This document shows, in pieces, positions 55,257-64,000 of a stretch of 64,000 nucleotides of DNA. The number at the start of each line of letters is the position of its first letter. Position 1 is the stretch's first letter. This stretch comes from Octopus vulgaris (taxonomy: Eukaryota). The stretch spans positions 43,834,001-43,898,000 of the forward strand of contig OX597814.1 of the NCBI GenBank assembly GCA_951406725.2, written 5' to 3'. Made by a program: the position numbers and the translations under genes. Under the pieces are notes generated by a model. The model had not been told where the DNA came from and searched no databases. It saw only the letters and a list, made by a program, of their open reading frames with translations.

Positions 55257-56640
55257 AACCTCTACACCAACATCCCACATGAATATGGTATAGAGGCAAT
55301 TGACTTCTGGCTAGAAAAACACCCAGAGACATTCCCTGACCGCATTAACAAGACTTTTATTACAGAATCTCTCAAGTTCATTCTGACCAACAATTTTTTT
55401 CTCTTCGACGACACACACTACCGTCAAAAATGTGGCATTGCGATGGATGCCAAGGCTGCACCAGTCCTTGCGAACCTCATAATGGGTTTTTTCGAACTAT
55501 CACTCTATGAAATATCACGCCAGAAATTTGGACATGTTTTCCACACCTACCTAAAGGAAAACTGGAAAAGGTATTTAGATGATTGTTTCATCATATGGAA
55601 AGAACCTTATGAAAAACTCCTGGAATTCAAAACCATACTAAACAACATACATCCCAACATCCAATTCACTATGGAATTAAGCAAACATCATCTACCATTC
55701 CTTGATCTCCTAATTATAAAAACACCTAAGAACCAAATCATAACAGACATCTACCACAAACCCACAGACTCACAACAATACCTCCTCTTTAGTTCATGCT
55801 ACCCAAAACACACCAAGACAAATATCCCTTTCAATTTGGCTAAAAGGGTATGCACCATTGTTTCGGATCCAAAAACACGAGAAATACGCCTTCAAGACCT
55901 CAAAAAAACACTATTACAACGCCAATATCCCTCCACCCTTATAGAGTATGGAATAAAACGCGCAAAAGAACTAGATAACATTACACTGAAAACTACTCAA
56001 CCTAACACCACACACAACCTCAAAATACTTCCATACATTTCCACCCACAACCCCATAAATATCGAATCATACACCACAATCATACAAAACCTCAGTCTAC
56101 TGTCAACAGACCCAAAAATGAAAAGCATTATAAATACACACAAAATCCTCAAATGTAAAAGGCAGCACAAATCTTTAAAAAAAACTCTTGACAAATGCCA
56201 AACTTCACACACCACATCCACCCCCAGCAGTAATAAAATGTGCACGCCCAAACTGTGGGACCTGCCCCCTCCTACTTGAAGGCTCTGAATTTACCTTCAA
56301 ACAAGGTACGAAGTTTAAAATCAAGACTAACTTCTGTTCCTCCGAGAACTTTATCTACGTTCTCACATGCGCTGGTTGCCAACATAATTATGTTGGACAA
56401 ACGAGTCTCCCGTTACGTAAACGAGTAGTGGTGCATAAAGAACAAATAAATCTCCCGGAATACCGACAAATTCCACTGAGTGACCACATAGACTCATGCG
56501 CTAAAGACTTAAACCCCAAATTCTATATATTCCCCTTCTACCAATGTAAAGACGGGATCACCACACAGGAGAGAATTAACAAGGAGAATCTCTTTATTGA
56601 AAAATTCCAAACACAACTTAATATACAAACTCCTCGTTGA
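55257..56640 (+). pseudogene. PLE reverse transcriptase (domain 3 to thumb) and GIY-YIG endonuclease, with one frameshift
   Basis: NLYTNIPH, YRQKCGIAMDAKAAPVLANL, WKRYLDDCF, LPFLDL, DIYHKPTD, CARPNCGTC and NFIYVLTCAGCQHNYVGQT..LRKR..H. The frameshift lies in the A-run at about 56176-56184. Confidence 0.93.
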
Positions 56641-57284
56641 TCAAACTTCCCTTTTCTACCTCATTCTTCATGGATGGACTCACACAAATATATAAGGATA
56701 CCATAGATTCATCACTTCAAGCAAAAACTTATATTCTTTAAATATCATTTTTACTATTGTTGTTATTACCATCATCTTTATTATTTATGATATAACAATC
56801 TGAAATGTAATTGTCTATGCTAATTTATATAATTAGAAAATAATATAAATAAAGTGTTAAAATCTGAAAGTTAAATCAACAAACAATTATATAAAAAAGA
56901 TAATGCAAATGAAGCTAAAATGACAATTTTATAATTTGGGGTTTATCAGCAGCCTTTATTGAAGAACTCAAAAGAGTTGTCTCCCCTTATTCACAACACA
57001 GGGACTGAAGAACCACAATTACTACTACTTCCTGTTTTACCAACATCCTAAATTAAACCAAACAACACATGGCCTTAATCCCATTGGATCCTAATACCTC
57101 AAGGTAATTTTTTCGTGAACAATCATTAAACTCAAGATACACAACGAACTCACAATGTATCGGAGTACTTATTTTTTTTATTTTTTTATTTTTTTATTTT
57201 TATACATATTTATTATTATTCTTTTGCAAAAAACAATGCAACTTTTTTTCCCCGTTCTCATTTTTAAAAAATTTTTTCACCTAA

Positions 57285-57328
57285 CTATTCTTGATAAGTC
57301 AAACTATGACAAAAACCGGTTTGAATAG
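57285..57328 (+). ncRNA. Hammerhead variant with U3-A8 core pair (second copy at 55108-55151, minus strand)
   Basis: ctattc TTGATAA gtca aacta tgac (A/G)AAA A ccgg T TT gaatag. G12 is retained in the left-arm copy and stem II is intact in the right-arm copy. Confidence 0.7.
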
Positions 57329-57460
57329 ATATATATTTATATATTTTTCATTTTCTCATTTCATTAAAATTTTCTTACAATCGAGCATTCTGCATTTTTA
57401 CAATTTTTCCTTGCTTATCATTTCCCCACGTGCGGTCAACACAACCCCACCATTTATTGA

Positions 57461-57580
<120 letters not shown>

Positions 57581-58243
57581 TGCGTGTGTATACATATATA
57601 TGTGTGTGTGTATGCATGCATAAATAAATATCTGTGTCTGTGTATTTATATTTGTAATTGCGTGTATCAATCACTGTCTCCTTTTTATATATATGTACAC
57701 ATACACACACATAAGCATGCGCACAGCTGAACATATGGTGTCAATTACCACGCATAAATATAGTCTCACTACAATATTTTTTCTCGTCGTTTAAGTTTTT
57801 TCACAGATATTTTCCAATGGAATTGTCTCAAATTATGGACGAGTATATGTTGAATAAAAATGCTTCATATTATTCTTAACGAATATCCTTGCGAATTACA
57901 TAACATAGGATGTCGATCAAATCCTCACATCTCCCAGCTAAACTCTACTTGTAATAAATAGCTTTTTCATATACGAATAGCACAGGCACATTCTCGACGT
58001 CATTTCCATACTGAATTCACGACAGTAATAAATATGTGCATGACAGGCATCACTTTTCCTTCTGCCTTTATTTGCTGTGCGGAGAGGAAATATTTTGGTC
58101 GTAAATTCCGCCACTGAATTACGTAGCCATACTCTTAACCTTAAAGATTCATTGTATGCTTGTTAGTCCTATATAATTTTCAGTGGTTATCCATATTATT
58201 ATTACTCTGAAGCTTTCTACCAACATTAACATGAATGGTTTCT

Positions 58244-58475
58244 TATATCTTTCCTACCCACAAGGGGCTAAACACAGAAAAGACAAACAAGGACAGACAA
58301 ATGGATTAAGTCGATTATATCGACCCCAGTGCGTAACTAGTACTTATTTAATCGACCCCGAAAGGATGAAAGGCAAAGTCGAACTCGGCGGAATTTGAAC
58401 TCAGAACGTAACGGCGGACGAAATACGGCTACGCATTTCGCCGACGTGCTAACGTTTCTGCCAGCTCGCCGCCTT
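58244..58475 (-). mobile_element. tRNA-derived SINE, family A
   Basis: Full-length copy with a perfect 19 bp TSD attaacatgaatggtttct (58225-58243 and 58477-58495). Confidence 0.93.
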
Positions 58476-59942
58476 TATTAACATGAATGGTTTCTGTAGG
58501 GAGGCGGAAATCTTCCTGTATATAATTTTGATATAGCAGGCTTGTGCCACTTCTCTGGGTATACCAGACTCGAGCGAATGCAATTATGATGTTGAGTAAA
58601 ACAATACTCTTTTTTTTAGAATTTCTCGATGGTAGTGGAACCATAATAGATAGCAAAAACACTTAGATTTCCATTAGATTCGTAATTTGGGAAGTTTCAC
58701 CATCCCTAAATTGTTGGAAGTGAACTATATAAAAATATAGCTTGGGAATGTATTACACTTTTAAAACAATCGATATATATCTTTTTAAATGAAATAGGTA
58801 AAATATTAGTGAGAATAGGTATTATTCTAAGCAAACATTGTGAGCAGTGCCACAATTATGTGCGAAACAACCAAATATCCCTCCGCATACGCCACGTATA
58901 TGCGTGTACGTTTTGTTGAGTTCAGAGGAAGCAAAAGATATGATTTTATAAGCAGATTCATATATTTCGTGTACTTCCTCATCTTGATGCAAATATGTAA
59001 GACAGTTTTTTTTCTGTATGAAGTAATGCTGACAGAAATCTCGTTTGTGAAGTGGAGGGACGTAGGACTTCCAAAGTTTAACAGAAATATTTTTTGGATA
59101 AGGAGTAAAAGAATCGACTGGGATGTCATGAATGTAAGAACGTGCCGATTCCGCAAAGAATGGTGGCATAATCTGAGCTTTAGATGATGGCCTTGTAGTA
59201 AATGTTGTACTATATAAAAGGACTGCGTATTTTTCTCTAAGAGTTGCAGTCCAAGTTTTGCATACTTTACTGAACTGCAGATATGTGAAATACTTCAGTG
59301 ACATTTGACTATGATTTGGGGTTGTGTGTAATGGTAGGCTGCCATGTGCTACAAACAAGACAGTTTCAATCAGACGTCTAGCCAACGATTCAAAGTGTTT
59401 AGTAGTATATAACTAGAGAGATCTGAACTGTCAGCTCAAGTCAACAAACATAGGATTCCTAAAGAGGTGGAGTTGAGCGATTTGGAAACCGGGATGTACA
59501 TAGCTCTGAGGCAGGGGTCAAATGGCGTAGTTGAGAACAGGCAGTTACAAGCAAGTAATTGTTGCTTATGGAGCTCAGAAGAGTAATTTTATCAACTGTA
59601 TATAACGTGTCAGGATAACAGTCAACGATGTGTGAATGGGTTGAAATAAAATAATATGAAATGCTTAGGAATCAGAGATGGCATGTCATGTGATGGGATT
59701 AAGTTTAGATATATGAAGAGATCTTTATCATTATTAGCATGTAAAATCGTGAAGAACGAAGAACGTACATTCCTCTAATAAAGTAAAATAAGTGCTTATG
59801 GGGTTTCTGATGATTGGAGGAGAGATAAAGCTGGCTGAGAAACATGCATATTTGGGGGAAGATAGAAAATATCTTAAACTGGAGTAATTGAAATTCGTCG
59901 GTGACTATATGTGCGTATATGTGTGCGTGAGAACATATGTGG

Positions 59943-59982
<40 letters not shown>

Positions 59983-61171
59983 TTATAAATGTGTGTGAGT
60001 GCATGTGAATGCGTATGCAGATATACATAGCTTATTGTCGAAAAAAAATATTCAACAACATCAAGATACTTTATGAAGTTAATCTATATGTATGACGCCC
60101 GCAATTCAACAACAAATACGATGATTGTGAGAAGAGCGGTTGAATTGAATCTAGATATTTCCACTAAAACAGTTAGAAGCTACATTACACTAATTAGACC
60201 GTACTTCCGAAGTTCCAATAGGATTCATGAACACTATGTTAATCCTGCTTAGATAATATCGCTAGCTACATTGTACGCTAAAAGAGAAACCACATCCACA
60301 TTCTCACTTTCTAAATCTTCCAATTTATAACACTTAATATGTCACTGATTGTTAATGGCGAGTATCGTTTACATGATCAGTGGTCTATGAAACCACCTTC
60401 ACGCCATGCAGTTACATCCACCATAATAACAGATAATAATTTCACGAGAAATGTTAGAAATGTTAGTGTATTCTTTTGAAACTCTTGACCTCTACCCCGT
60501 TGCATCTGGAAAGTTCAGATCTAAAGAAAATACTTCCGTAACATCACGTGGCTCATCCCTGAGAAGGTATTTCTGTATTCACATTGAGTTTTGTTGCTGA
60601 AAATGCCTCGGTGGGAAAATGCGAAACTGAGTAATTGCATACAACAGAAAAACCTGCATTAAAGCAACAAAGATAAGCCTTGTTGATGAACTCCTATATA
60701 TGGTCACCCTTCATACGGAAATGCCAACTTAGAATAGAGGCTCCAAGCAAACCTGTAATTTATATAAACCCTGTTTGTCCACAGCGAGATGTTCTCCTCT
60801 TCATTTTTGTGTCAGTGTGTTCAACAATGAAACCTAAATATAAATATTCTAAAGATAAGGTTATATATATTTTTTTTTATTTGTTCACTAATACATTACA
60901 ACACAAAGAATATGGAAACACTCGGTGACTACTGAATTTCTGTACTGCAGTGGTGAGCTGCCTGTCACTAAATACAACTCTGCTCTGACATCTTGGATAC
61001 TATGTTAAATGTACATGACTACTGATGAGTTTATAACACTGTATGTACGAATTTATGCATATATGTGTTTGTATGTATGCATATATATATACGTACACAC
61101 AAATATATGTATGTATATATATTATAAATGTATATACATATATAATATATACATATATGTTTACATATATT

Positions 61172-61244
<73 letters not shown>

Positions 61245-61797
61245 TATATATATAAGAGATAAAGGTGTCATTGAAACCCAAAGGTGTCAGGTAATGCTGA
61301 ATAAGTGCTATAGACAGACCATAGTTAAGTTCCAGGTTCAGTAATATTGCGAATAAATGGCTCATCGTTGGTTCTGTGTCAGCGTGTGTATATAAGAAGT
61401 TTTTGCATATTAAAATTTAAAAAAAGCTTGTTTCTTTTATCTTATTACGCAAAACAATTCTTATGTATGTATATATATATATTATGAATGGAGTTAGACG
61501 CAGGTGTTTTTCAAATCATTTGGAACTTTTGCTCCCCTGGTAACTATTTAATTATTTTTTGAGTTATTCATAAACAATGAAAATACACACATATTTTTTT
61601 ATTTATTTATGCATATGACGTTTGTATTTGTTAAGATCGAACACATCATAACAGATTAGAAACAAGAAAAGCACGTCATTGATGAAGCCTGAATTCAATT
61701 AGTAAATAATCTCTCTGGTGATATGACCCTCCCTTATAAATATTATACATGTGTGTGTGTGATTTTGTATCTGTATGTGTCTGTGTGTGAATGTGTG

Positions 61798-61867
<70 letters not shown>

Positions 61868-62369
61868 TGTGTGTGTATATATATCTCAGTATGCATGCAT
61901 GCTGGTAAATGTATGCGATATGTTATGTATATAGGATTGCACCTTTGTGCACGTGTACAAATAAATACTCAAACGGTCCAGCCGTATTTATCTAATAACT
62001 TCTACATTTCCTATCGTTATCATGACATTTTGTTTTGAAGATCTCTGAAGTTTCAAGTTAATTACGCAATAGTCTACTTAATGATTATTGTATAACATAC
62101 TGGTATTCTCTAGAGAAACATGTATAAAGATTACGCCATTTATGATGTTTCGGTAGCATGATAATCTAAGTTTCCTGGCTTATTCCGTTCTGTGATATGT
62201 GTGTGTGCGTGTGTGTGCGCGTTTATGAGTGTGTGTGTGTTTGTGTGTGTTTGTGCGTGCGTGTGTATTTTTGTTTGTCTCTATGTGTATGTGAGTGGGT
62301 GCGTTTGTGTGTGTATGTGTATATGACCATACATATATAGAGAGACAGGCAGATATATAGATACATAGA

Positions 62370-62461
62370 CAGATAGACAGACAGGCAGGCAGATAAATAG
62401 ATAGATAGAGAAGGAGAGAGAGAGAGAGACAGACATACAGACAGACAGATAGGTAGATAGG

Positions 62462-62522
<61 letters not shown>

Positions 62523-62523
62523 G

Positions 62524-62609
<86 letters not shown>

Positions 62610-62610
62610 G
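62370..62610. repeat. (AGAC)n/(AGAT)n microsatellite
   Basis: Directly visible. Confidence 0.95.
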
Positions 62611-62719
62611 AGGTAGTTATATATACATATATATATTCACACATTCACACATATATACATATACATACACTCACATACATGTGTATATATTAACATACAA
62701 GAGACAGTATGCATTAAAT

Positions 62720-63420
62720 CAAGATAATGCATAGATGCCTCATAGCCTTCATGTCACGTTTGCACACATTCTTGAAACATAAATGCGGTCGTCCCCGAGC
62801 ACGTCTACCAGAGGGTAGCTCCCTTTACAGTATATCTTTCGGTAACCTCCCTTCAGCCATCCGGTGTGCATGTCCCAGCCAGCGGCGACGGCGTTGCCGA
62901 AATAGTGTGAAAGTAGTTAATACCTGGGAACGTGTAAGTTTCTCGTTGTTAGTTAAGTGATCGTTTCACTTGACCCTCAGTGTAATCAAAAGGTTGCGCA
63001 GATGGAAAGTATTTAGGCGGCGCTCTTGTCTGGCTTAAAGTCACCAGGTCTCACCGCCGTGTAGCAAGGTGATGCTCACACATACTTTGTAGACTGTGAA
63101 TTTGGTGGACCTTGTCAGCTTGCCGTTTAACCACAATTTTTGAGCTAGTTAGGCCAAGGTCGAAGCTGCGCACCCGATTCTCCTATTCAGCTCCTGGTCG
63201 AGTGTGAGGCCATTGTTTACCGTCCGACTTAGTGTGGAGGCAAGAGCCTTCGTCTTGCGTACCAATTGCATACTTCAGCATGACAGCGAAGTAGATGTTG
63301 AAGAGGGTAGGAGCAAGCACGCATCCCTGTTTTAAACCACGTCGGACATCAAAGGTTTCTCAGATATTTCCGTTGAATTGTACTGTGACCTTCATGTACA
63401 AATGGAAAGACTCAAGGATA
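62720..63420 (-). mobile_element. RTE-BovB-like LINE fragment (RT domain 4 to C-terminus, with internal deletion)
   Basis: KQGCVLAPTLFNIYFAVML, DQELNRRIGCAAST, GETW, RLNTFHLR and WLGHAHRMAEGRLPKDILxGEL..GRRARGRP. Confidence 0.85.
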
Positions 63421-63422
63421 AT

Positions 63423-63457
<35 letters not shown>

Positions 63458-63469
63458 ATCTATCTATGT

Positions 63470-64000
63470 TTGGCAGGTGTCTCAGTGTGTCACAGGCTGG
63501 GCCTGGTTGTCATCATGCCACTGCGGTCAAACAATCTTCACGAAAAAGTGAAAAAAGAAAACATCCTTTGAATTTTGGCTGTTGGAATGTGCGTACACTT
63601 CTAGATGATAATTTCAACAAGTGGCCAGAATGGCGTACTGCACTGTTGCATGTGAGCTTGAAAAGATTTCCCTTCATATAGTTGCGCCCTCTGAAATTTG
63701 TACTGATGAGAGTCAAATAAATGAACCTACATATGGATATACTATCTTCTGGAGTGGTCTACCCGAGGGTCAGCGTAGAGAATCTGGTATTGGGTTTGCT
63801 CTCAAGAATTCATTAGTATCCTCCATTGTAGAATTTCCGTGTGGTATATTTGAACGAACCATGTTATGCTGTATTAAACTGACAAACGATAGGTTTCTTA
63901 CAGTTGTCAGTACTTCGGATGAAACTGCAGGACACTTTTATGATGATCTAGTAGAATTATTGAGGAAGGTAGCAATTTCTTATAAGCTGGTCATATTAAG
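63470..64000 (+). mobile_element. RTE-BovB-like LINE 5' region (APE endonuclease), runs off the window
   Basis: LNFGCWNVRTLLDD...PEWRTAL, VAPSE and GYTIFWSGLPEGQRRESGIGFALKNSLV. Confidence 0.85.

Noticed and set aside
56170-56190. Programmed frameshift between RT and EN
   Set aside because: PLEs encode RT and EN in a single ORF. A homopolymer indel or sequencing error is the simpler explanation.

Overview
This is AT-rich eukaryotic non-coding DNA dense in (AT)n/(TG)n/(AGAT)n microsatellites. The SINE families and microsatellite load point to an octopus or related coleoid cephalopod (inference from recalled repeat families). No intact host protein-coding gene is recognisable, and most ORF-track entries are microsatellite artefacts. 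The window is a transposon graveyard: Tc1/mariner relics (DD34D mariner, Tc1-like, DD37D maT), non-autonomous Helitrons, R4/Dong-, L1/Tx1-, CR1- and RTE-type LINE fragments, several tRNA-derived SINE families, and many Penelope-like element (PLE) remnants. The most interesting signal is a set of inverted-repeat (fold-back) PLE ends carrying minimal type I hammerhead ribozymes (HHR). Five different families each have their own palindromic stem-III loop (CGATCG, CGGCCG, ACGT, CAGCTG, ACCGGT). One has a U3-A8 compensatory core and another a CUGUCGAA core. The PLE-hammerhead link is established biology, but these variants may be undescribed. All coordinates were read by eye and may be off by a few bases.
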